A stretch of 31,201 nt of DNA. It comes from Octopus sinensis. Its lineage: Eukaryota. Positions within the stretch are counted from its first letter, which is position 1, and every line of letters begins with the position of its first letter. A program made the position numbers and the translations under genes. The stretch is from NCBI RefSeq assembly GCF_006345805.1, contig NW_021832452.1:1-31201 (forward strand). The letters run 5' to 3'. The notes under the pieces were generated by a model that ran no database searches, was not told the DNA's origin, and saw only the letters and a program-made list of their open reading frames with translations. Shown here piece by piece: positions 12,347-23,900 of this stretch.

Positions 12347-15300
12347 CACACACACACACACATGCTTACATATGTCTATTTTATAAGCTTCTGCATACTT
12401 TCACCTGATGCTTTTATGGAAGTGTGCCATGCTGTAACATTGAATCTGGACCCATGTATTTGCAAGGTTCCTCCTTTCTTGGACCTTATTCAACCCTTAG
12501 TAAATCCTACATTTCACATGCAAAAAAAGGACATCTAGCAGATGCTATTAATCTGCTTGAATCTTCAACAATTTCTCTCTTTCTCAACTGAAATTCTCCT
12601 ATATGTTGAAATTATGCTTCTTGGACTAAAGTTTTGGATGTCCTTTTTCTAGTGTAATAAAACCTATTTTCTTCAATGCAATTCTTTCTCACTGTAAACA
12701 AAATCTCTCATCTATTGCAAAGGGGCAAAGCATCTGTGATGTTTATTTCACTATCTAGATCAGTGAGTCCCAACATGGGGCTTGGTAAAATTAAGATGAG
12801 TTGGGATCCCATTCTCTTTTTTTTTTAAGTGGGACATGGAATTGTGAAAATTTTTATTTCACAGCAAACATACACCTATACTCAGCCTAGCCAAACTAAT
12901 CCTTCCAACCAAGCATACTGTCTGAAGACTGATTGCTACAGTATAATGCTATTCTAATGCTCCAGTATGGATATTTCTTTAAAGACATTTCATCTTTGAG
13001 GTATGCATTTTTCTGGAAAGTTATAGTGGAACCTAGGAGAAAATAGGTTGGGAAACACTGATGTAGATAATTTGTCTGTTTTTTTTTTTCTTTCTTTTAG
13101 ATTGTAATGTTGGTACTTGCTTGGAAGCTTGCAGCTAAAAGTATGGGATTTTTTACATCCCAAGAATGGCTCAAAGGAATGTCAGAACTACAGTAAGCTA
13201 AATTTTAATGTTTTTTTTTACATACAACTTTTAAAAACGTACCTTATTTAATTATTACAGTGTTTAGTGTAAGTACAGTTAATAGGTAAAAACCAGACCA
13301 GATTGTTTATTGTCTGGAACTTTTGAGTTTAAATTCCACTTGAATAGCTTTTGCCTTTCATCAATTAAATTAAAAGAATAAACAAAAATTGTAGTTGTGA
13401 TCCCTGTGCCGGTGGCACGTAAAAGGCACCATTCGAACGTGGCCGATGCCAGCGCCGCCTTGACTGGCTTCCGTGCTGGTGGTACGTAAAAAGCACCAAT
13501 CCGATTGTGGCCGTTGCCAGCCTCACCTGGCATGTAAAAAGCACCCACTAAACTCACGGAGTGGTTGGCGTTAGGAAGGGCATCCAGCTGTAGAAACACT
13601 GCCTGATCAGACTGGAGCCTGGTGCAGCCTTCTGGTGTCCCAGATCCCGGTCAAACCATCCAACCTATGCTAGCATGGAGAATGGACGTTAAACGATGAA
13701 ACTAGTATAATGGTGTAAGTTGAATATCTACTCCAATAATATGAGTTACATATACAATATATTTAACTTTTGCTTATTTAGGTTTTCAAGCTGTAAACAT
13801 GTATATTTCATGACTAGATATAAGTTACTGCAGCCTAGGTTATGATCTCTGAATAATCAACAAATATTTCATTAAGATGTAGAGTCTGAGACCAGGATCT
13901 GTTGATGTGGGTGATGATAGAAGTACTTACATTGACATTGTTTCAACCAAATTGAGTTGTCTTTGTGCCTAATGAATACTAAAATATTCATTTTGGAGGA
14001 TGCAGAAGTGTAGGCAATAACTATTGTTACAAACTAAAATTGTTTTATTAATGATGCTGCTTATAAAGAGTGTATACTTGTCCTTTTAATTCATTAAATC
14101 TCCATTTTTTTTTCAGATGTGATACAACTTCAAAATTACGTAAGAAGTTAGATTTCATCCGGTTATATCTCAATGATCAAGTACATTTTAAAAGTATTTA
14201 CCGATATGCCTATGATTTTGCTAAGGTAAGAGGATATAAATTAAAGTAAAAAGCATACAATTAAAGAATAAACTTAATTTAAATATGAATTCTTCAAATA
14301 TTCTGGTGAATTCCATTGTTTTTAGATTAAAGAAATAACATAAGCCTTTTGTATTTGACAAATATAATTAAAAAAGAATTTTACAAAATAGAAACTCCAA
14401 ATATGATAATATATAAGCTATGACTTTGCATAGAGTCTAATTTAGCCAAGACCAACCAACCCTGAAATTGAAATAATATATTTCTAAATCTCTCAGAGAT
14501 ATTTATGCAGTTGCAGCACAATAAAGTGATAGCATGTTGTCAACTTAATGTGACAGTTCCATGAAAGGGAAGAATGCTACTGTTATTTAGCCCTAGGAAA
14601 CATCGCTTCCTGTTGGACTTGACACATTTCCTGTGTCTTTATGTCTTCAAAGTGGAGACAAGCACCTCCACCCAACAAAACCAGCAACCAGAGACTAGTT
14701 TCAGAGTCATTGCTCATCATCAGTCTGGAGTAGCATGGCTTGCTAGCTTGATTTTTTAATTTTTTTTATTATTACTGACATAAGGCCTAAACACAGGACA
14801 TGCTGGAACAAAAAACACTTGAAAGGATGAATCTGAAATGAATAAAATTACAATGCAAATGAGACGGCCATCTCACTCCTGCTGCTTGATTATTACAGGC
14901 ACAAGGCCTAATTACAGAGGGGACATACAAAGACATGCAGGAACATAAAACATATGAAGGATGAATGTGAAATGAATAAGATTATAATGCAAATGAGATG
15001 GCCATCTTGCTCCCACTGTGAGATGAAACCGTGGATTCCTTTTCTTTAACTTTTACACAACCTCTAGCCATGCACCGAGGCGAAACTGCGACTTCCCTTT
15101 TTGCTTTTGTTTTACAATTAAACACCTTTTAAACAATTGTTCATACAAGATTTACTTCTTATTTTTTCCTTTTTTTCAAACTAAAGTCAACCAAATATAT
15201 ATTCCAGTATTTTTTACAAACATTTTGGAAACCTGTTCATTCAATAATTACAAAATTTACTTGTTTTTCCTTTTTTTTATCCTTAAAAGTTCTAACAAAT

Positions 15301-18300
15301 ATGTTTTACAGTCACAGTGTTTACAAGATTACATCGACTTACCTCTTCTGTCTCTCACAATTCCTTTCACTTTTACAATCTTTTACGTTGGGGTGTCCCA
15401 TCTCACTATAATTTCCCTTTTGTTTGTGTTTTTCATGTTGTCTCTTTTTGTTTCTATTTTCCTGCTGTTTTGCCTGTTCTTATATTTTCGTCTCTAAGTC
15501 TGTGTGTTCATGTATTTGTGTGTGTTCGTTTGAATGCAACTCTACGTGTTTCATCTGTGTGTCTATGTTTTTAGGTTTCTGTAATTCTGGGTTGTCTTGT
15601 TTCTGGTCTGAATGACTCTGTCCTTTTAATTCCTTTGCTGGTATTTCCACTGGTAAATTTTCTCCGTTTCTCATTGTGGGTTGGATTTCTTCTTCCATTC
15701 CTTTACTCTTCTTCAAGTTCACTGTCATTAGTGACTTTCTTCTCTCTCGCTTCCTGGGTTTTACGTCCACAAAATTCCCATCAAATTCTAATTTTTGTTT
15801 CTGCTTTTTTTCCACCACTACATCTTCCTGAGCACACTCTTCCACCATTTCCACTGCTGCTCTAGGGCATTTCCTTCTCAAGTGCCCTCTTTTACCACAT
15901 CTGTAGCATTTTGGGGGTCTCCCCTCCAACATTACTTCCAGTTTTTCATTGTTTGGTAATTCCAAAGTTTCTGCCATTTCATCATAATATTTTGGGCTTA
16001 CCACACAGATTATTTCAATATCATAGCCCCAATAATTCAATTGTGTTCTGCCTACTATACCAATCTTCAGGTTTTCTCCATTCTTCCTCAGCTCAGAATT
16101 AAAAGTTGCGGTTATTACCCATTCTGGGTGTATCAATGGTGGGATTCTTCCCATTCTGACCCTGACAATTCTTTTGCCCCAATAGTTCGGCATCAATGTC
16201 CATTTCTTTCCATATAACATCATGTTGCCGGATATTTTTGCCTCCTCTTCTGAAAGAAAGGTTACTACAATAGTTCTATATCTTCTACCTCTTGTAAAAA
16301 ACGTTATCTTCTCTCCCATGTTCACTACTAGCATTTCCTCTATCTCTTCAAGGTACATGTTCTATCCTCCCATTTTCATTTGAGAATGTTCTGAATATTA
16401 CCACTTGCTTTCCATTTTTCTTTTTTCCTCCTCTGGCAGGGTCATTTTTATGTTTGACCCTTCTTTCTTTATATTCTCACAATATTTAGTTAGCTTCTCT
16501 TCATTCCACTCCATCATCTCCGGCTTCAGCACATGTGGGTCTATTATTCACTTCCACCCAAACAATGGTGGCTTCGCATAAAATATTTCGCTTTGAATTC
16601 TTCAAAAAACAACAAAAAGCTTGGCTTGCTAGTTGTTGATACCTATCTGCCTTTGAAAACATATATATTTCAAGTGAAATACATTCACTGATTTTTGAAA
16701 ATAAAAATAATATATTTCCAAATCTCTCAGAGAGTTATGCAGTAGCAGCACGATAAAATGGTAGCATGTTGTCAACTTAATGTGACAGTCCCATAAGGAC
16801 ACAGGAAATGTGTCAAGTCCAACAGGAAACAGTGTTTCCTAGGGCTAAATAACAATAGCATTCTTCCCTTTTATGGGACTGTCACATTAAGTTGACAACA
16901 TGCTATCACTTTATCATGCTGCAACTGCATAACTCTCTTTGAGAGATTTAGAAATGTATTATTTCTATTTTCAAAAATCAGTGAATGTATTTCACTTGAA
17001 ATACATATGTTTTCAAAGGCTGATAGGCATTGACAGCTAGCAGGCCATGCTACTCCAGACTAACAATGAGCAATGACTTTGAAATTAGTCTCTGGTTGCT
17101 GGTTTTGCTGGGTGGAGGTGTTTGTCTCCACTTTGAAAACATAAGGACACAGGAAATGTGCCAAGTCCAACAGGAAACGGTGTTTCTTAGCCCTTTTATG
17201 GGACTGTCACATTAAGTTGGCAACATGCTATCACTTTAGCCCTGTAATTATTTACCAATGAGAATTACTCATTGGCTCTACTAAAGATGCTAGGCTTGTT
17301 CATTTCTGTGAGTCACTTGAAATACTCTTTTTGATATTTACTTGCTTGAAGAATTCTGTTTCATCAAGACTAATTGGTTGCTATAGATCAGAGTTGGGGA
17401 ACCTCACGGAATTTAACTACCTTCTCACAAGGCCACATTTGAAATTAAATGTAAAAAATTGAAAATAAAAAGAACTCTGCTAAACTAATTATTTTATGAA
17501 CAACAATTTTTCATAAAAGCTCTTAATATATATGAAAAATAACTGAGTTCTGGAATAAGCACCCCCACCATAAGATTTTCTTTCCTAAAAATTTCTTCAA
17601 ATTTCTGTTTTAAAACATAGTTGTTATTGCTTTAAACAATTATAAGTTTAGATTAAAAAATATTGATTCTAAAATTTTGCTATTATTTAAAAATAGACTT
17701 TAAATAAAATAAAATTAACAAAAATATATTCTAGTATAATGATTTGTCCTCTAACATTGTGCTTCTTTAAGAAGGCTACCCTTAATCCTTAAGATGGTTG
17801 CATGTAACCTTAGGGTTCTTGACATCAGGTATAAAACAATCCAATTCTACTGATTACCATGTGGGCCATCCTTCACATGTTTAGATAGTTATTAAGTTAG
17901 TGTGTTCAATCACACTTGATTGAAAGTTGAATATACTTTTATTTAGTTTTGTATTGGCTATCATTATTGTATTTGTCAGTGTATAAGATACACTCCTGCA
18001 TAAAACACACCCTGAGTATAAAACTACATTCCTTTGCCAAGCCATGTTGAGCCAGAGTGACAGAGTAGACTCATCAAACCTGTATGATCTCAAGCCTCAA
18101 ATTCATGGCCTTCACATCAGACTGTGGTTGAGTGGGGAGAATATTCTTAGGCCATCGTCCTGCAGTTGACTGAAATTAGGCAATCCAATCCAATCTAGTT
18201 TTAATGAAAGAAGTCAAAAATATTATGAAATTGTAAATTCCCAATATACCAATATCTGCTTAATTTATGCCATGGGAACTTTTTAACTGCTCATTTCCAT

Positions 18301-20883
18301 TACAAATGAGTATTTATTTAATTTGCTATATGATGTGTGAAAATAACTCATTGATTCAAAAAATTAATAAAATGTTGATGTATTTTCTTTCATCTGATTT
18401 TGTAGGACAAAGACCAGAGAAGCATGGATATAGAAACTGCTAAAGCAATGTTATCACTGTTGTTAGGGAAACATTGGACATTGCACAGCTCTTTTCATCA
18501 ATTTCTAGAGGTCAGTGAATTGCCCTTGAGTTATAGTTTAGACAAGGTGTATTTTGGAGCTATGTGCCCATAAATATAAACAAATATCTCAATAAACACA
18601 CTCATTATCTATCTCATATATATGTGTGTGTGTGTGTAAAATATTTTTTCTGTTTTTATTTCTTAAATCTGATGCAATGAAAATCTATCAAGTGTGTTTG
18701 TGTGTCTTCCATCAACATCTAACATGTTTTTCATGCTGGCATGATTTGGACGGTTAGACAGAACCCAGTGAACCGTGGATCTGTGTTGAGCTTCCAAGTC
18801 AGCTTTGATTGGGTTTCTATGGCTGGATGCCTACTTAATACCAACCACTTTACAGAATGTGCTGGGTGCCATCAGCATTAGTGAAGTCACCAAGGACTTT
18901 GCAAGACAAAAAAGAACAGAAAAGGAGGAAAAGGCCTCTTCATCTAAATGGTGGGGATGGGGTAGTATTGCACATCACATCTAATTCCCCTTATGCCTAA
19001 CTTTTTCCTTGCACATCACTTCTAATTCTTCTTATGCCTAACTTTTCTCTCAGTATACTGTACACATGCTAGCTTCATTGCTCTTTAGTTTTTGCATGTC
19101 CACTACATTCAGAGTGCTTGTCTCACTACCACATAGCATTTCTCTGCATACACATGCATCAGACAATCTTCCTTTCACTTGAGGGGAGAGGCCTTTGGTT
19201 GCCAACAGAGGTAAAAGTTCTCTGATTTTTCTCCAACTTATTCTTATTCTAGCAATTACATTTTCCTTACATTTTTCCCCAATGCTAATTAGGCCCCCTT
19301 GGTTGCAGAAATTAGCCACTATGTCTAGAGAGCCTCTGAGACATTAGAGAAAATTTCTCAAGTGTCTGTAGCTTTTATGACTTCTGAGCATTTTCTGCAT
19401 ACAAACATAACTTTCCACGATAACCTTCCTATTATTTCACTGCACCTCTTGTATGTCTATAGCTTGCACAGGGTACACCATATGGAATTCTTCTCTACAC
19501 CTTTCCTTCATATCAAACAGGGCTATTTACTTGATGGGATAGGGTCCTGTGTATTTTCTTGCTTACAAGAACCTTGGTCTTTGCTAAGTTAACCTAAACC
19601 TGAGCTGGGGTGAATAGTATTGAGGGAGACAGCTTTATGCCAGGGGAAGAGGAAATGTTAAAGTATGGTTGAAAGACAGGAACAGGTGTCTTGCTGTTGG
19701 GGAGATATGCTTATCCCAGCTGAAAGGCAAAGAGGATAGTTGTAAAGGTGTGTCAGGGCGTTACCCTCACCCACCGAGTTACAGGAAGGTGAATAACAGA
19801 ATTGGCATGGATGGGTATGTAAGTTCATGGAGTGCACGAGGTAAATAAGCTTTTCTCTGACTATAATTAGTTTGGTTTTGTAATATAGCAATCATGCTTG
19901 CGCACGTGCACAGACACACACACACAAAATTGCTGTGTATAGCAGGCACATTTCCATGTGTGAGTATAACAATCTTTTTTTTTTCTTTGCAGCAATCAAA
20001 ATACAAAGTTATAAACAAGGACCAATGGTGTAATATATTGGAATTTAGTCGAACAATCTACCCAGATCTTTCAAACTATGATGAAGATGGGGCTTGTAAG
20101 TATTTTAGATAATTTTTTTTTCCATTTTCTTTTTACTTTTGTTAGAATTTTTTTAACTAAAACCATTTGAATTGAAACAGGAAGAAAATTATTTTAACAA
20201 CACACATCATGCCATTCACTTAGTTGTGGTTGACCATAGAATTTGATGATAACCATCTTCAATTGAAGATTCTTTGTTTATTGTATAGCGTGATTCTTGA
20301 TGTGCAGCACTTTTTATTGTAGTCTAGACACAAATGTAATGTTTGTATGCAGAAAATGCTCAGAAGTCATAAAAGCTACAGACACTTGAGAAATTTTCTC
20401 TAATGTCTCAGAGGCTCTCTAGACGTAGTGGCTAATTTCTGTAACCAAGGGGACCTAATAAAGTTGCCAGGTATTAATTTGCATGCAGGACTTTTCTCTG
20501 GCTTCTTCTTCTAATAGTGCTGAGTGCATTTCTTCTCCATATCTGCAATCCCTCTCCAGCAATGAGATCTATTCTGTCCATTCTTGAAGGGTTGATGTTG
20601 CTCTTCTTTATATTAGTCTTCAACTGGTCTTTCAACTAACACTTTCGTATTCCATCCAGCTGATGCTGAAGGTGTACCTGAATGTAAAGTCTCATATGGA
20701 AGAGATGTGAGTCAGACATGCACACTACATTTCCTAGACATTTTAGTTAATGTTTGTACAGCATGACTTCAGTGCTGCTCATATTGGTCTGAAAGAGGAT
20801 TTCTGTGTTCAGTATGTCTGCCTGCCTGTCTGTCTATAATATCTGTCTGTCTATCTAAAATATCTGTCTGTCTATCTATAATA

Positions 20884-20919
<36 letters not shown>

Positions 20920-23900
20920 AATATCTATCTATAATATCTATCTACAATATCTGTCTGTAATATCTATCTATAATATCTATCTACAATATCTGTCTGTAAC
21001 ATCTGTCTATAATATCTGTCTGTAACATCTGTCTATAATATCTGTCTATGATATCTGCTTATAACATCTGTCTATAATATCTGACTATAATTTCTGTCTA
21101 TAATATCTGTCTATAATATCTGTTTATAATCATCATCATTATCATCATTTAGCATCCGCTTTCCATGCTAGCATGGGTTGGACGGTTCAACTGGGGTCTG
21201 GGAAGCCAGAAGGCTGCACCAGGCCCAGTCTGATCTGGAAAAATTTCTACGGTTGGATGCCCTTCCTAATGCCAACCACTCCGTGAGTGTAGTGGGAGCT
21301 TTTTACGTGCCGCCGGCACAGGTGCCAGACAAGGCTGGCAAATGGCCACGATCGGATGGTGCTTTTTATGTGCCACTGGCATGGGGGCCAGGCGAGGCTG
21401 GCAATGGCCACGATCGGATGGTGCTTTTTACGTGCCACCGGCACGGAGGCCCGTTGAGGGCGGCACTGGCACTGGTATCACAGCTACGATTTCCATTGAT
21501 GTTGATCGATTTCGATTTTGATTCTGATTTCTCACTTGCCTCAACAGGTCTTCACAAGTAGAGTTTTGTGTCCCAAGTAGGAAAGGTATACATAAGTGGA
21601 CTGGCTACATCCCAGGTAGAGGCCATGGGTTATGGTCTCACTTGTCCTGCCGGGTCTTCTCACGCACAGCATACTTCCAAAGGTCTCGGTCTTTAATGTT
21701 CGAAGGTCGTGATTCACCACCTCGTCCAAGGTTTTCCTCTTCCACAGGTTCCCTCAACAGCTAGGGTGTGGCACTTTTTCACACAACTATCTTCATCCAT
21801 TCTCGTCACATGACCATACCAGTGCAAAAGTCTCTTGCACACCACAACTGATGCTTCTTAGGTCCAACTTCTCTCTCAAGGTACTTACACTCTGTCGAGT
21901 ATGAACACTGACATTACACATCCATTGGAGCATAATGGCTTCATTTCTTGCGAGCTTATGCATATCCTCAGCAGGCACGGCCCATGTTTCACTACCATGT
22001 AGCATGGCTGTTCGTACACATGCATCATACAGTCTGCCTTTTACTCTGAGCGAGAGGCCTTTTGTCACCAGCAGGGGTAAGAGCTCTCTGAACTTTGCCC
22101 AGGCTATTCTTACTCTAGCCGTTACACTTTCAGCACACCCACCCCCGCTACTGACTTGGTCACCTAGGTAGCGGAAGCTATCAACTATTTCTAGTTTTTC
22201 TCCTGGAATGTGGTGGAAGTTGGTCTCTGCGCATTTTCAGTATTTATTGCCCCAGAGCATCTGCCACATACAAAAACTAGTTTCCTAGTTAGCCTTCCTT
22301 TGACATTGCTGCACCTCTTATGTGTCCATAGCTTACATTTGGTGCATCTTATAGAGTTTCTACCTACGCCTTTTCTATAGATCGAGCAGGGCCATCTACC
22401 TGAAGGCGTTTGTGATTTGTCTACCTTTCTACCTACTTTGGTTTTACCTACTTTGGTTTTAGCTAGGTTATAAGGACTTTGGTTTTAAAATATCTGTCTA
22501 TAATATCTATCTATCTATCTATCTATAATATCTATCTGTCTATTTCTCTATAATATCTATCTGTCTATCTATCTATCTAAAATATCTGTCTATCTGAGAT
22601 CTAGAAAGCCAGCAGCTGCACCAGGCTCCAATCTGATCTGGTATTGTTTCTACAGCTGAATGCACTTCCTAATGCCAACCACTCCGAGAGAGTAGTGGAT
22701 GCTTTCCTACAGCGGTTTTCGGTTATTCTACCTTAAGCTTTCTCTTAGGTTATATTATTTATTTGGGCTTTTCTCTGAGTAAGGGAGAATATAATGATTC
22801 AACGTCACTTATACTCAAGTGTTATCATTATACCTAAACCCTAACTACAGTTATAACGTCATATAGACATATACGCATGAAACGCTATATTAATGACATG
22901 TATGTTGAATATTTTAATCGTGTCCTTTAAAACCGCTATAAGAAACATAAATTAAAGATTACAGAAATGCATATTTATTTATGCTCAGTTGAAAAACAAA
23001 TGTGAAGAGAAACATTTTCTTTTAATTAGTTTTTATTATATAAATATAACATTTTACATTATTTACAATGAGAAAGATAACTTTGTCGTGAAGAAGAACG
23101 ACTATAAATTCCTTAGCTAATTTCTTCTTTCTATCTAATACATTAACCAACAAATCAAAATAGATTTGTGATTAACTTAGACATGGCATAAAAATTACCG
23201 ATGTCTCCAAAAGAGTGAGTGACGTGGAGTTATGTGACAACCAACGAACACTGATATATTTTCCAAAATCCAGGGTTTTTATAACTGCTCAACTTGACTA
23301 AAAAGAATCGAAATCCATGACAGATATTCTTTACGAAACTTCTAGAATCTTTATATGAGCAGTTATATTAACCAATGGAAAAAAACGAAATTGATAATTC
23401 TTCGGCAATACGACATTACGTCATATTACCAATTCGCGCCACATTTCAGAATGGCTAAAATGGTTATTGCTACACTTTTTACATACCACCAGCACAGGAG
23501 CCAGTCAGGTGGCCCTGGCATTGATCACGTTTGGATTATCTATCAATATATATATATATATAGTCTAATCAGTATATAATATCTATTTATCAATATATAT
23601 ACATATATATATATATATATGACTTTGCTAAGGCTTTCAACTCTGTGCCACACAAAAGGCTTATGGTGAAACTCTCTGCAATGGGTGTGAGGGATGACCT
23701 TTTTAACTGGTTGAAGTCCTTCATTCTCAACCGAAAGGAGGTAGTCACAGTTCTAGGACAGCATTCTACACCATATGAGATGTCATCGGGTGTACCACAG
23801 GGATCTGTCCTTGGTCCCCTCTTGTTTGTGGCATACATTAATGACATAGATGCAAATTTAAAGAATGCCACAGAATTAAAATATGCAGACGGCATCAAGC

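Larger units (their letters stand above)
14463..17238. repeat. 348-bp hammerhead-containing unit in tandem and inverted copies (Penelope/retrozyme-like), interrupted by a retroelement
   Basis: Forward copies at 14463-14746 and 16622-16794, inverted copies at 16792-17238. The period is measured from CATAAGGACACAGG at 16792 and 17140. Confidence 0.8.

Noticed and set aside
19894-20112. 72-aa stand-alone ORF
   Set aside because: It is exon 7 plus intronic read-through.
21290-21480. Repeated GGCCACGATCGGATGGTGCTTTTTA units resembling a CRISPR array
   Set aside because: Internal tandem repeats of the RTE 3' UTR in eukaryotic DNA, with no unique spacers and no cas genes.
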